Source: an uncultured Desulfobacter sp. (GTDB lineage Bacteria > Desulfobacterota > Desulfobacteria > Desulfobacterales > Desulfobacteraceae). From it: a DNA stretch of 64,000 bases. Below the pieces are notes generated by a model. The model did no database searches, was not told the DNA's origin, and was given only the letters and a program-made list of their open reading frames with translations. This document shows positions 39,414 to 50,206 of the stretch, in pieces (the first letter of the stretch is position 1; every line of letters begins with the position of its first letter). A program made the position numbers and the translations under genes. The stretch lies in contig OY762069.1 of assembly GCA_963665095.1 (NCBI GenBank), positions 6,304,001 through 6,368,000 on the forward strand, read 5' to 3'.

Positions 39414-40415
39414 CTACCGGAACAGCACCACCCTGTAATGGGCTTTGCCGCTTCTTAAACGGCTAATCGCTTGGTTTATTTGCTCAAACGGGAATTTTTC
39501 AATAACCGGCTTGATTCGATGAGCGTTGGCGAACGTCAGCATTTTGGCAATGGTGGAGGGACTGCCCACAGGAGATCCTGAGACCGAACGCTGACCGTTG
39601 ATCAGCGAAAAAACGCCGATGTCCAGAGGGGCGAGGGTGGTACCGACAAAATGCAACCGCCCCTTAGGGGTCAACGTGCTCAGGTACAGGTTCCAGTCCA
39701 GTTTGACGCTCACTGTGGATATGATAAGGTTAAAGCGGCCGGTGGCCTTTGCCACAGCCTCGGGATCACGGGAATTCAGTGTATGGTGTGCGCCAAGCTC
39801 CAGAGCTTCCTTGATTTTTTCCTCACTGGAGGTAAATGCGGTCACCTCACAACCCCAGGCATTTAAAAACTGCAGGGCCATATGCCCCAGTCCGCCAATC
39901 CCAATGACGGCCACATGATCCGTGGGCTTGATATCGAACTGGATCAGGGGGTTGAACACGGTGATGCCACCGCAGAAGAGGGGGCCTGCTGATTCAAGGT
40001 CTGTGCCTTCAGGGATGGGAAGGACCGAAACAGCTGATGCGCGGACCTTATCAGCAAAACCGCCGTGGTGTCCGACAATGGTGGGCTGAGCATATGCGCA
40101 CAGGTTGTGGTCACCGCTGCTGCAGCTTGCGCAGGCATTGCAATATCCCGAATGCCAGCCTAAGCCCACTGTCTGGCCCGGTTTAAAACCAGTGACATTT
40201 TCACCTGTCTGGGAGACAGTGCCCACCACTTCATGGCCCGGGACCACCGGGTACCGGGTGATGCCCCAATTATTGTCAATGATGCTCAGGTCACTTTGGC
40301 AGATGCCGCAGAATGCCACGTCAATCTCTACTTCATCTGGCTTGATGGGGCCGGGATCATATTCAAAGGGTTCCAGTTCTCCGCCTGCTTCCATTGCTGC
40401 ATAAGCTTTAATCAT
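39414..40415 (-). CDS. Zn-dependent NAD(P)H aldehyde reductase/alcohol dehydrogenase (Ahr/YjgB-like)
   Basis: CGICQSD, GHEVVG, CxxCxxC..C, LFCGG, GIGGLG, AHYRVVL; GGAGGAG RBS. Confidence 0.92.
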   Translation of the reverse strand: MIKAYAAMEAGGELEPFEYDPGPIKPDEVEIDVAFCGICQSDLSIIDNNWGITRYPVVPGHEVVGTVSQTGENVTGFKPGQTVGLGWHSGYCNACASCSSGDHNLCAYAQPTIVGHHGGFADKVRASAVSVLPIPEGTDLESAGPLFCGGITVFNPLIQFDIKPTDHVAVIGIGGLGHMALQFLNAWGCEVTAFTSSEEKIKEALELGAHHTLNSRDPEAVAKATGRFNLIISTVSVKLDWNLYLSTLTPKGRLHFVGTTLAPLDIGVFSLINGQRSVSGSPVGSPSTIAKMLTFANAHRIKPVIEKFPFEQINQAISRLRSGKAHYRVVLFR

Positions 40416-40470
40416 GAGTGTGCTCCTCCTTTTTTCTCTTTTCAAAAGACAATAAACATTGTATATAAAA

Positions 40471-40484
40471 TTATAAGTTTATAA
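40471..40484. promoter_or_regulatory. putative GntR operator copy 1
   Basis: TTATAAGTTTATAA; the motif recurs at 43559-43580 and 47493-47506. Confidence 0.55.
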
Positions 40485-40582
40485 TTTAAATATCAATTAA
40501 CTTGGATGAAATCAAATGAAAAATATCAGACATGTGCTTACCCGCTTCACTCTCAACCGTTCATACCGGAGGCGTGCATAAT

Positions 40583-40978
40583 ATGAAAATGATGATCGGG
40601 TATGACGGTTCCAAGGCTGCAAAGAATGCCCTGGCCCTGGCAAAAGAGCATGCCAGCGCGTTTAATCCTGAAAAAATTTACATTCTTTACTGCCTGGAGG
40701 GGGATTCCCAGGAACAGGTCCGCCAGCTGGACATTGCCCAGCAGCACCTGGATTTTGCCCGGGTATTTCTGGATATGCCCGAATCGGTCTGCGAGGCGGG
40801 TTTGTCCGTAAGGAATTTATCACCGGGAGAGGCCCTGGTTGAGTTTGCCAATCAAAAAGGAATCAATGAAATTTTTATCGGCGTCAAACGAAAATCAAAG
40901 GTCGGCAAGCTGATTTTCGGATCTGTGGCCCAGTATGTGATTCTGAATGCCGGATGCCCGGTGATGACCACCCGGTAA
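40583..40978 (+). CDS. universal stress protein
   Basis: IGYDGS..A, IFIGVKRKSKVGKLIFGSVAQYVIL.A.CPV. Confidence 0.92.
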   Translation: MKMMIGYDGSKAAKNALALAKEHASAFNPEKIYILYCLEGDSQEQVRQLDIAQQHLDFARVFLDMPESVCEAGLSVRNLSPGEALVEFANQKGINEIFIGVKRKSKVGKLIFGSVAQYVILNAGCPVMTTR

Positions 40979-41000
40979 CACAGATAAAGAGCGCCAATAT

Positions 41001-42593
41001 ATGTACCAGTTAACTCAACGACAAAAGATCATGACCTTTTCCGGTGTCATCATGGCCATGTTTATGGCAGCTCTGGATCAGACTGTCATTAGTACGGCCA
41101 TGCCACGCATCATCGCAGACTTAGGGGGCTTCAGCCAGTATACCTGGGTCTCCTCCGCCTATATCATTGCATCAGCCGTGATCATGCCAATTACAGGACG
41201 ATTGTCAGACCTGTACGGCCGTAAACTGTTTTATCTTTTAGGGATGATCATTTTTCTTTTATCTTCGGTTGCCTGCGGCATGAGCCAGGATATGACGCAA
41301 ATGATCGCAAGCCGTGCTGTCAAGGGGCTTGGGGCGGGCATCATGATGGCTACCGGATTTACTGTGATTGCGGATCTTTTTCCCCCGGCCCAGCGGGGGA
41401 AATACACAGGATACGGATCTGCTGTTTTCGCAGTCTCCTCCATTATCGGCCCGACCCTGGGCGGTTATATTACAGATATGTTTTCCTGGCAGTGGGTGTT
41501 TTTCATCAATATTCCCTTCAGTTTACTGGTGATCGTACTTTTTATACTTTTTTTCCCTGATATTCCTCCCCAGGCTACGGACGGAAAAATTGACATTTTC
41601 GGGGTACTGCTGCTTACCCTGACTATTGTGCCGTTTATGACCGCTTTGGCTGCCGGCCGTGGCGATCCGGTATTGTCCGGGGTGAGGCACTGTGCCCTGT
41701 TTGTCTTTTCCGGCCTGATGCTGGTATGTTTTATATGGAATGAATGCCGGTTTAAAAATCCCATTATCCCCATGGGGCTGTTTAAGAATCAGATTGTTTT
41801 AATTTGTTACGCGGTGACATTTTTGACCGGGTTCAGTATGTACGGCACCATCGTTTTTATTCCCCTTTATTTTCAAGGCGTCCTGGGCGCAACTGCCATG
41901 ATTTCGGGTAATTTTTTAACTCCCATGATGCTGGGACTTGTGCTTGGCAGTATCGGGTCCGGACAGTTGCTGGCCCGTACTGGCGGACACTATAAAATTC
42001 AGGGCATTACCGGCATTGCCGTACTTTTTACAGGCCTTTACCTGCTTACCCGGATGGGGGCTCAGACCGATTTGGGTACTGCGGTTTTCAATATCAGTCT
42101 GACCGGATTAGGACTTGGGATCGCCATACCGCTTCATACCATTGCGGTTCAAAATTCGGTACCATACCATATGCTCGGGGTTGCCACTGCCACAACGGCT
42201 TTTTTTCGTTCCCTGGGCGGCGCAACCGGGCTTGCTGCGCTTGGCGCTATAATGAATTATAGATTTTCAGACGCATTTCTGGGGGCATTGCCCGGCATCC
42301 TGCCTAAAGGCGTTCTTGTTGACCGGTTAACGCAGGTGGCCATGTCGCCGAGGGTGCTGGTGGACCCGGACATACAGGCCAGGTTACAGATATATATCAT
42401 GGAGGTGACATCCCATGGGAACGCCGTTTTTCAGGATATTATATCTGTGCTGAAACAGTCGCTTCAGTATGCCCTGTCTGAAGTGTTTTTCATTGGTATG
42501 TGGGCGGCAGGCGTGGCCTTGCTGCTCTCTGTTTTTCTCAAAGAAATCCCTTTGCGCAGGCAGCATCAGCCATCCGGACAGACAAAAGCATGA
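41001..42593 (+). CDS. MFS drug:H+ antiporter (DHA2, 14 TM)
   Basis: LDQTVISTAMP, GRLSDLYGRK, GPTLGG, WQWVFFINIP. Confidence 0.92.
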   Translation: MYQLTQRQKIMTFSGVIMAMFMAALDQTVISTAMPRIIADLGGFSQYTWVSSAYIIASAVIMPITGRLSDLYGRKLFYLLGMIIFLLSSVACGMSQDMTQMIASRAVKGLGAGIMMATGFTVIADLFPPAQRGKYTGYGSAVFAVSSIIGPTLGGYITDMFSWQWVFFINIPFSLLVIVLFILFFPDIPPQATDGKIDIFGVLLLTLTIVPFMTALAAGRGDPVLSGVRHCALFVFSGLMLVCFIWNECRFKNPIIPMGLFKNQIVLICYAVTFLTGFSMYGTIVFIPLYFQGVLGATAMISGNFLTPMMLGLVLGSIGSGQLLARTGGHYKIQGITGIAVLFTGLYLLTRMGAQTDLGTAVFNISLTGLGLGIAIPLHTIAVQNSVPYHMLGVATATTAFFRSLGGATGLAALGAIMNYRFSDAFLGALPGILPKGVLVDRLTQVAMSPRVLVDPDIQARLQIYIMEVTSHGNAVFQDIISVLKQSLQYALSEVFFIGMWAAGVALLLSVFLKEIPLRRQHQPSGQTKA

Positions 42594-42701
42594 CTTTACG
42601 TTTTTCGCAACCGAATGTACGGGTGTCCCATTTTTGTCAGTTTGACAAATAATCGCGTCAATGGTAGCTTTCATGCGGTCTTTGAAAGGAAACAAAAAAA
42701 T

Positions 42702-43466
42702 ATGAAACAGCCAAAAGAGATTATCCCCCTTTACGGCAGGGTGGCAGCGATTATCGAAAATAAAATCATTTCCGGGCAGTATGCTCCGGGCGATAAACTG
42801 CCCACAGAAGATGAGCTGGTAACCTACTACGGAGTCAGTAAAATCACCATCAGGGGCGCGCTTTCCAGGCTGGAAGAGAGCGGGTATATCAACCGCATAC
42901 GGGGAAAAGGCACCTTTGTGACAGACAGTATCCCGTCGATTACCCAGACAGTCTCCTCCAACCTGCAGCAGACCATCCAGTTGGCCGGATTCATGAACAT
43001 CATCAGCGTTGAAATGGATGTGGTCACCGTAAAGTTCAGCCGGACCCCCAAAGATATCTGCAACTTTTTCAACTGTTCCACTGAGGATCAGGTGCTTCGG
43101 GTACAGCGGGTGATTTCGCCGGGTAAATTTTTCTATTATTACGATAATTACATGCCGGTCTCATATGCCGACTATTTTTCAGTAGATGAAATCAAAGAAA
43201 AAAAATCCCTGCAGACCATTTTACGAGAAAAAATGAATCTCAAGGTGACCAAAGGCGATATGTACCTGCAGGCCCTGCCCTCTGATCCTGATATTTCCCA
43301 GAAACTGCAATGCCCCTCTTTTGAACCCCTGATCAATGTCCAGACCCAGTTCTGGCACAAGGACAAAGAGCCGTTTGAACTGCTCAATATTTATTTCAGG
43401 TCATGCTATTTCAAATACAAGGTCGAACTGGATATCAACCTTGCGGAGAACTATAAGGAAAAATAA
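42702..43466 (+). CDS. GntR family regulator (HutC/UTRA type)
   Basis: PLY..I..G.Y.PGDKLPTE.EL..YGVS..TIR.AL..RGKGTFV. Confidence 0.92.
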   Translation: MKQPKEIIPLYGRVAAIIENKIISGQYAPGDKLPTEDELVTYYGVSKITIRGALSRLEESGYINRIRGKGTFVTDSIPSITQTVSSNLQQTIQLAGFMNIISVEMDVVTVKFSRTPKDICNFFNCSTEDQVLRVQRVISPGKFFYYYDNYMPVSYADYFSVDEIKEKKSLQTILREKMNLKVTKGDMYLQALPSDPDISQKLQCPSFEPLINVQTQFWHKDKEPFELLNIYFRSCYFKYKVELDINLAENYKEK

Positions 43467-43543
43467 ACACCTGTCATTAACCTCCTTTCTTTTCCCTATC
43501 CATTTGCTGTCATAGCCTTTTTTAAAAAAACTGAAAATATCTC

Positions 43544-43580
43544 TTGACCAAGATTTAATTATAAGATTATAAAGTTATAA
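43544..43580 (+). promoter_or_regulatory. sigma70 promoter overlapped by three TTATAA hexamers (putative GntR operator copy 2)
   Basis: TTGACC at 43544; TTATAA at 43559, 43567 and 43575. Confidence 0.6.
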
Positions 43581-43628
43581 CTTTAGAGTTTATATGTATT
43601 TTATTAACTTCAACATAAGAGGGATATT

Positions 43629-44732
43629 ATGGACGCAAGCAAAAACCTCAGTGAACAGAAACAATGGGCAAAGGAAAATTATAAGGGTATGTCAACTTTG
43701 ATTTTCCCGTCATTTACGCCGGACTTCAAGGAGATCGACGAAGAAGGTGTTCGTCTGGATGTACGCAACAGCGCCAAACACGGATTCGGCGCTGTGATGA
43801 CCTTTCCGGTGGGTGTTACACCTGAACAGCACGCCCAATTTATTAATGTCATGTGTGATGAGGCCAAAAAGGTGAACATTCTGGCAGGGGACGTCATTGG
43901 CGAAGCCACAGAAGAACTGGACCTGGCCCAGATCAAGGTAAATGAAGATAATGGGTGCTCGCATCTGCTTATCAATCCGGACCGCAGCGGCCTGGCTCAG
44001 ACCGACGATGAACTCTATGAAAAGTACCGCAGACGCATTGAATCCACCTCCCTGCCGGTCTGGATTTTCGCCATGGAAGCACCTTACTACCGCAAGTTCG
44101 GCCCCAGTGGGGTACCGCTTAATGTCTTTGACAAACTGGCGAATCTGCCCAATGTGGTGGGTATTAAGCTGTCCCACCCCCTTTCCATCGGCACCGCATT
44201 CCTCTGTGCTGAGATGTTTTCAGACCGTCTTCTGGTCAGTCCGGTTAATTTTGAACTGATGCCGTTACTGATGAAACATTACGGGGTTCAATGCTCAGGC
44301 CAGTGGTCCTGCGAAGCGATTCAGTCTCCGGAAAAACCCTATGCCGTGGATATGATGAATCTTATGATGGAAGGTAAATTTGATGAAGCGTTTAAAATAT
44401 ACCATAAGATCCAGCCGGCCCTGAATGACTTTTTCTGGCTTCAGGCCCCGTGCATTCTTAAGCACACCAGCCCCTGGCAGCATCGCAAATATATTCAGTG
44501 GTGCGTTGGCGGCAACGGGGGGTTGATGTACATTGCCAATCCCAGATATAAACACTACAACGTGCCAACCCTTGATCAGGCTGCCCGGGATCATATTAAA
44601 AACTGGTTCAGGAAAATCGGAATCGAACCTGCGTCGGCACCGGAGGAAGAGTTCATGGTGGGAAAAGCTGCCTATGCCAGAGGCGTCAGGGAGCCGGATC
44701 TGACAGCCGTCCAGTACTACAGAATGGATTAG
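43629..44732 (+). CDS. divergent DHDPS/NAL-family class I aldolase (PhdG-like), copy 1
   Basis: PSFTPDF..IDEEG.R.DV, LANLPNVVGIK (Schiff-base Lys), KYIQWCVGGNGG. Confidence 0.75.
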   Translation: MDASKNLSEQKQWAKENYKGMSTLIFPSFTPDFKEIDEEGVRLDVRNSAKHGFGAVMTFPVGVTPEQHAQFINVMCDEAKKVNILAGDVIGEATEELDLAQIKVNEDNGCSHLLINPDRSGLAQTDDELYEKYRRRIESTSLPVWIFAMEAPYYRKFGPSGVPLNVFDKLANLPNVVGIKLSHPLSIGTAFLCAEMFSDRLLVSPVNFELMPLLMKHYGVQCSGQWSCEAIQSPEKPYAVDMMNLMMEGKFDEAFKIYHKIQPALNDFFWLQAPCILKHTSPWQHRKYIQWCVGGNGGLMYIANPRYKHYNVPTLDQAARDHIKNWFRKIGIEPASAPEEEFMVGKAAYARGVREPDLTAVQYYRMD

Positions 44733-44785
44733 AACAACACCGCATGTGTTTGGGGATGAAACATTCAAAAGAGGAGTGGTAACTG

Positions 44786-46315
44786 ATGCCCACGTTAGCC
44801 GGACTGTTGCGCAGTGGCTGTGAAAAAGAATTCGCCAGAACAGCGCTTGCTTTTTTTCGTTCAGGAGAGACGGAATCCTGCCTCTCCTTTGTCCAGCTCG
44901 ACCGGGACGCCTGCCGCATGGCGCATTTTCTATGCAGCCAGGGGATTCATAAAGGGGACCATGTGGCCCTCATGATGGATAAATCCTTATTTTTTGTGAC
45001 AGCTTATATAGCGGTTCAAAAAATCGGAGCGGTTGCCATTCCTTTTAATCCTGAATACAAATCGTCTGAACTGGCCTATCTTTTGAAAGATTCAAACCCG
45101 GAACTGCTGCTGGCCTCTGCTCATCTTGAAAAGACCATAGCCGGAGCCTGTTTGGATGTAAAAACCATGTATGTCGACACCCGTGTGCCATACGAACAGA
45201 CAGACCTGTTCAAAGAGTTACCCAGCGGGTTCGACATACCGGAACTTTCCGCCAGTGACCCCGCCTTAATCATATATACCTCCGGTACCACCGGGAACCC
45301 GAAAGGTGTGATCTTGAGCCAGGACAACCTTTGCAGCAACGCGCGAACCATTATGGAGGCCTGGCAGATAACGGAAACCGACTGCCTGCTCCATGCACTG
45401 CCCCTGTTTCACATCCACGGCCTCTGCTTTGCTCTGAACACCTGCCTGATCGCCGGCAGCACCATCCTGCTGACGGACAGGTTTGATGCCGGCGTTGTTC
45501 TGGATCTGCTGAAAAACCGGAACCGGGAACAGGCCTGCTCCATTTTTATGGGGGTCCCCACCATGTACCGGCGTCTGGTAGACGGCATGGATGGGAAATC
45601 CGTGGACCTGGGGCACCTCCGGCTGCTGGCGGTTGGATCGGCCCCGCTGCTGGAAAAGGACTTTGAGCGAATTTCACATGCCTTTGGGAGCGAACCGGTG
45701 GAACGGGAAGGCATGAGCGAAACCGGTATGAACTTCAGCAATCCCCTGAATGGTGTCAAAAAACCAGGCTCCATTGGCCTGCCACTGCCCGGCCTTGAGG
45801 TAAGGGTGGTGGATCCAGACACCTCAGAGGATGTGGCTGTGGGAGAGATCGGAGAGTTCCTTCTTAAAGGACCCAATATATTCCAGGGATATCTGAACAA
45901 ACCGGAGGAGACAATAAAGGCATTTGATCATGGATGGTTTAGAACCGGCGACCTGGGACGAAAAGATGCGGACGGGTACTATTTTTTAACGGACCGGCTG
46001 AAAAATATTATTATCTCCGGTGGCGAAAATATTTCTCCAAAGGAAATTGAGAATGTTATCAACCGGCTTGAAGATGTAACGGAAGTCTGCGTGGTGGGTA
46101 TCAAGGACCCCCAATGGGGAGAAAAAGTTGTTGCCGCCATCGTGAAAAAAACCGATGCCGCTGTCACGGCCCATGACGTTAAAGAAATCTGTAAAACCCA
46201 TCTGCATGACTGGAAATGTCCCAAAGAGATCCTGTTTCTTGAGCAGCTTCCCAAAAACGCCATGGGAAAAATACTTAAGGAAAAAGTTCAGGAAAAATTT
46301 TTATCACCGGCATAA
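44786..46315 (+). CDS. acyl-CoA synthetase (ANL superfamily, MatB-like)
   Basis: YTSGTTGNPKG, LPLFHIHGL, FMGVPTMY, GMSET, FRTGD, PKNAMGK. Confidence 0.9.
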   Translation: MPTLAGLLRSGCEKEFARTALAFFRSGETESCLSFVQLDRDACRMAHFLCSQGIHKGDHVALMMDKSLFFVTAYIAVQKIGAVAIPFNPEYKSSELAYLLKDSNPELLLASAHLEKTIAGACLDVKTMYVDTRVPYEQTDLFKELPSGFDIPELSASDPALIIYTSGTTGNPKGVILSQDNLCSNARTIMEAWQITETDCLLHALPLFHIHGLCFALNTCLIAGSTILLTDRFDAGVVLDLLKNRNREQACSIFMGVPTMYRRLVDGMDGKSVDLGHLRLLAVGSAPLLEKDFERISHAFGSEPVEREGMSETGMNFSNPLNGVKKPGSIGLPLPGLEVRVVDPDTSEDVAVGEIGEFLLKGPNIFQGYLNKPEETIKAFDHGWFRTGDLGRKDADGYYFLTDRLKNIIISGGENISPKEIENVINRLEDVTEVCVVGIKDPQWGEKVVAAIVKKTDAAVTAHDVKEICKTHLHDWKCPKEILFLEQLPKNAMGKILKEKVQEKFLSPA

Positions 46316-46353
46316 ACCCGGTCACAGCATAAAACCATGGGGAAATAAACAAT

Positions 46354-47439
46354 ATGGCTGATAAAATAGGTATAAGCACGCATAAAGCATGGGCTCTGGA
46401 ACATTACAAGGGAATGGAAAATCTGTTGATGCCCTCCTTTTCTCCGGATTTTTCGCATCTGGATGAACAGGGCATTCGGTTGGATGTAAAAAACAGTATC
46501 CGCCACGGTTTTTTCTCCGTAATGGCGACACCGGTGGGTCTCTCTAGTGATGAAGAGAACCTTCAATTTATCAAAACCGTATGCAGCGCGGCCAAAGGCA
46601 GCATTATGGCCGGGGTCATGGTGGCCCACAGGAACCTTGACGCCGATTTGGAGATGATCCGGCTCTCCGAAGAGTTCCGGGCCACCCATCTGTTTATCTG
46701 GCCGGCTTACAGTCTTGCCGGCGTAACGGATGTGGATGAGGCCTATGCTATTTATCTTGAACGTATTAAAGCCACCCGGCTGCCTGTGGTATTGTATGCC
46801 AACTTTACCTGTTTTAAGAACCTGGGATACGGATTGGCGCTGTTCCACCGCCTGGCAGACCTCCCCAATGTGGTGGCCATCAAACTGACCCAGCCCATGA
46901 ACCTGTCACTGGCGTTTCATCTGTGCCAAACCTTGGGGGACAGGCTTCTCATCGGTCCGGTCAACCTGGATTTTGTTCCCATTCTGGCGAAATATTGCGG
47001 GGTCCAGTGGAGTGGGCAGTGGAATGTGGAGGCGGTTCAAACTCCTGACCACCCCTATGCTGTCGAGTTGATGCGTCACCTGAATAAGGGGCGGATGAAT
47101 GAGGCCATGGCCGCCTTTCGGTCCCTGGAACCGGCTTTGGCTGCATTTTACGAACTCCAGGCGCCATTGATCAAAAAGGGAGTGCACCCCTGGGCCCATA
47201 TGAAATACTTCCAGTGGTGCGGCGGAGGCAACGGCGGCCTGATACGGGAAACCGACCCCTTAAAGGGCAAAGTGCCCATACTGGATGATACAGGTCGGGT
47301 CGCCATCCGTCAGGCGTATCAGAAGGCAGGCATCAATGTTGAGAAGGCGGTGGATGCCTCGTTTCCCACGGGGCGGGCCGCCTTTTCCCGGGGCATCGCC
47401 CCTGACGGGATGGTCCTGCCATCCTTTTACAAACCATAA
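46354..47439 (+). CDS. divergent DHDPS/NAL-family class I aldolase (PhdG-like), copy 2
   Basis: Paralog of 43629-44732; LADLPNVVAIK, KYFQWCGGGNGG. Confidence 0.75.
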   Translation: MADKIGISTHKAWALEHYKGMENLLMPSFSPDFSHLDEQGIRLDVKNSIRHGFFSVMATPVGLSSDEENLQFIKTVCSAAKGSIMAGVMVAHRNLDADLEMIRLSEEFRATHLFIWPAYSLAGVTDVDEAYAIYLERIKATRLPVVLYANFTCFKNLGYGLALFHRLADLPNVVAIKLTQPMNLSLAFHLCQTLGDRLLIGPVNLDFVPILAKYCGVQWSGQWNVEAVQTPDHPYAVELMRHLNKGRMNEAMAAFRSLEPALAAFYELQAPLIKKGVHPWAHMKYFQWCGGGNGGLIRETDPLKGKVPILDDTGRVAIRQAYQKAGINVEKAVDASFPTGRAAFSRGIAPDGMVLPSFYKP

Positions 47440-47469
47440 AGGAGGGTTGGACCCAATTTAAGAATTCCC

Positions 47470-47506
47470 TTGAAAATAAATATATAATATAATTATAACT
47501 TTATAT
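47470..47506 (+). promoter_or_regulatory. sigma70 promoter with putative GntR operator copy 3
   Basis: TTGAAA (47470), 17 bp, TTATAACTTTATAT. Confidence 0.55.
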
Positions 47507-47586
47507 ATTTAGGATAGGTATCAACACCCTGACAGGCAAACAACGGTATCCATCTGCCGCCTTGCCATTAAAGAAAGGAGAGACCC

Positions 47587-49251
47587 ATGAAATCAGCTCG
47601 AACCATGTCCAGCAAACTTGCATTTATCAGGACGCCGGGTTGTTTGATCGCGGCATTGTGTCTGTTTTTTGCCCCTGCGTTTTCATCGGCCAACCAGATC
47701 TATGAGGGGGAAGCGGCATTCAGCGGCCGGTACGAAGCGCGGATGAAAGGCCAGACGCCGGTGTACGGAGGAACTTTGCGCTCCCACATGCAGACCGAAC
47801 CCCGCTCCCTTGACCCCCATATGGATACCTCCTCTTCCACAGTCCTGGTCTCCAACGTTGCCTACAACGGCTTGCTGCGGCTGGCCCCGGACATGAAAAA
47901 TATTGAACCGGACCTGGCTGAAAGCTGGCAACAGATTGATGACCTCACCTATGAATTCAAGCTGCACCAGGGGGTACGCTTCCATAACATCCCCCCGGTC
48001 AACGGCCGGGAAATGACATCTGCCGACGTCAAGTACAGCTTTGAGCGCATCATGGGAATGTACGGGAAAAAATCCCAGTTCAAACACTCCTATTATTTTG
48101 CCGACAAGATTGAATCCATTGAAACCCCGGATAAATACACGATTATCTTTAAGACAAAAAAACCCTATGCGCCGTTTATCGCCTATGTGGCATCCAACTG
48201 GACCAAGATTGTTCCCAGGGAAGCCGTGGATGAATTCGGAGATTTAAAACGCAAAATGATCGGAACCGGCCCGTTCATGCTTAAAGAGTATCTTAAAGGC
48301 TCTCATATGCTGTTTGTGAAGAACCCCGATTACTTTGTAAAAGAGCGCCCCTACCTGGATGCGGTTCATTTTAAAATCATTAAAAACCGGAAAGTGGAAG
48401 TCGCTGCCTACATGGCCAATGAGCTGGATGTGGGCCGGGTGAATGTTAACGATCTTGCCACCATCGCGGAAAAATCCCCTGAGACCATTTTGTTAAAATA
48501 TCCCAATATGTTTACCTGGACCCTGCGGACGCCTGCCTGGCTCGGGGAAAAAGGCATACAAAAACCCTTTGATGACATACGGGTCCGCCAGGCCATCGCC
48601 CACGCCATTGACAAGAAAAAATTGATGTACCTGGCCTCAAGCCCCGACGGCATCATTCAGGTCGGGCCTGTTCCCAGGCAGTTTGTGCCCTGGGGGTTGC
48701 CTGAATCGGATCAATGGGAGTATAACCCCCAAAAAGCCAGGGAGTTATTGACCCAGGCCGGTTATCCTGACGGATTTGAAACAGAAATTATCACCTTTAA
48801 CCTGGCATACATGGTCAAGCCCATGCAGGTCATCCAGCAAATGCTCCAGCAGGTTGGCATCAAAGCAAAACTCAATCCCATGGATCCGGCCCAGTACCTG
48901 AACGCCACCTACCGGTACAAATACCAGATGGCGCTGCACATGACCACCACGGGGTTTGATCCGTCAGAATGGCTGGTTCCTTATTTCGGCTTCCCAAAGA
49001 GTGCCACTTATTATAAATGGGGAAATAAAGAGCTTTGGGAACTGATTGCCAAACAGGAATATATCATGGATAAAAATGCCCGGGTAAAAGCTGTCGCCGA
49101 TATCCAGCGCAAGATTGTGGAAGAGTGCATGAGCCAGAGCCTGTATACCCAGATTTCCATCCGGGCGTTCAGGCCCAATATCCATCTGCGGCATTACATG
49201 CATCCGTCTTCCGAAGGCATCCATGAATTTGACTGGATAGAAAAACAATAA
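47587..49251 (+). CDS. peptide/nickel ABC transporter substrate-binding protein (family 5)
   Basis: YGGTL, SLDPH, PDLAESW, GVRFHN..DVKYSF, GTGPF, DIRVRQAI. Confidence 0.92.
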   Translation: MKSARTMSSKLAFIRTPGCLIAALCLFFAPAFSSANQIYEGEAAFSGRYEARMKGQTPVYGGTLRSHMQTEPRSLDPHMDTSSSTVLVSNVAYNGLLRLAPDMKNIEPDLAESWQQIDDLTYEFKLHQGVRFHNIPPVNGREMTSADVKYSFERIMGMYGKKSQFKHSYYFADKIESIETPDKYTIIFKTKKPYAPFIAYVASNWTKIVPREAVDEFGDLKRKMIGTGPFMLKEYLKGSHMLFVKNPDYFVKERPYLDAVHFKIIKNRKVEVAAYMANELDVGRVNVNDLATIAEKSPETILLKYPNMFTWTLRTPAWLGEKGIQKPFDDIRVRQAIAHAIDKKKLMYLASSPDGIIQVGPVPRQFVPWGLPESDQWEYNPQKARELLTQAGYPDGFETEIITFNLAYMVKPMQVIQQMLQQVGIKAKLNPMDPAQYLNATYRYKYQMALHMTTTGFDPSEWLVPYFGFPKSATYYKWGNKELWELIAKQEYIMDKNARVKAVADIQRKIVEECMSQSLYTQISIRAFRPNIHLRHYMHPSSEGIHEFDWIEKQ

Positions 49252-49260
49252 GGGAAAACC

Positions 49261-50205
49261 ATGGTCCGCTATATTATACGAAGGCTGCTGCTTTTAATCC
49301 CCACCCTGTTTCTGGTATCGTTTGCCGTATTCGGCATGATCCGAATGATCCCCGGCGATATCGTGGAGGTCATGGTGTCGGAGCAGGGCTATGCGGATGA
49401 TGAAGAAGAGCTTCGAAAGATTCTGGGCGTTGACAAACCCCTGGTGCACCAGTACCTGATCTATATGAAAAAGGTGTTCCAGGGAGATCTGGGCCGATCC
49501 TTATGGAGCGGGGAACCTGTGGTTAACGAAATTGCCAGAAGATTTCCGGTGAGCATCACCATGGCCTGTATGGCATTGTTGTGGACCGTGGTTGTCGGCA
49601 TATCCCTGGGCGTGTTGTCCGCCCTGTTCCAGGATACCTGGCTGGACTACATCCTGCGAATTTACGCCATTGGCTGGCTGTCCATCCCCGGGTTCTGGGT
49701 GGCCACCATGGTGGTGGTATTCGGATCCATGTACCTTGGATGGGTGCCTGCCATGAACTACACCCCGTTTTTAAAAGATCCCATGGCCAATCTGTCCCAG
49801 TTTTTTGTGCCGTCCGTGATTCTCTCCCTTGTATTGTCCGCCAGCATCATGCGTATGACACGCACCATGATGCTGGAGGTGATGCGGGAAGACTATATCC
49901 GCACGGCCCGGGCCAAAGGGCTTTCCACCTGGACCGTGGTGCTGCGCCATGCATTAAAGAACGCCATGATCCCCGTGATCACCATTATGGGGCTGCAACT
50001 GGCCTTTTTGTTCGGCGGCACCATTATCATGGAGCATGTATTTCTTCTGCCCGGCATCGGTTCTTACATGTTGGAAGCAATTACATGGCGGGATTATCCG
50101 GTCATACAGGGCATTGTCCTCTTTGTGGCCTCTGCCCTGATGACCATCAATCTGATTGTGGACCTGCTGTATGCAGTGTTTGACCCGAAAATCAAGTACG
50201 CTTAA
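49261..50205 (+). CDS. peptide ABC transporter permease (DppB-like)
   Basis: PGD, GDLGRS, EDYIRTARAKGL, HALKNA, RDYPVIQG. Confidence 0.93.
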   Translation: MVRYIIRRLLLLIPTLFLVSFAVFGMIRMIPGDIVEVMVSEQGYADDEEELRKILGVDKPLVHQYLIYMKKVFQGDLGRSLWSGEPVVNEIARRFPVSITMACMALLWTVVVGISLGVLSALFQDTWLDYILRIYAIGWLSIPGFWVATMVVVFGSMYLGWVPAMNYTPFLKDPMANLSQFFVPSVILSLVLSASIMRMTRTMMLEVMREDYIRTARAKGLSTWTVVLRHALKNAMIPVITIMGLQLAFLFGGTIIMEHVFLLPGIGSYMLEAITWRDYPVIQGIVLFVASALMTINLIVDLLYAVFDPKIKYA

Positions 50206-50206
50206 C

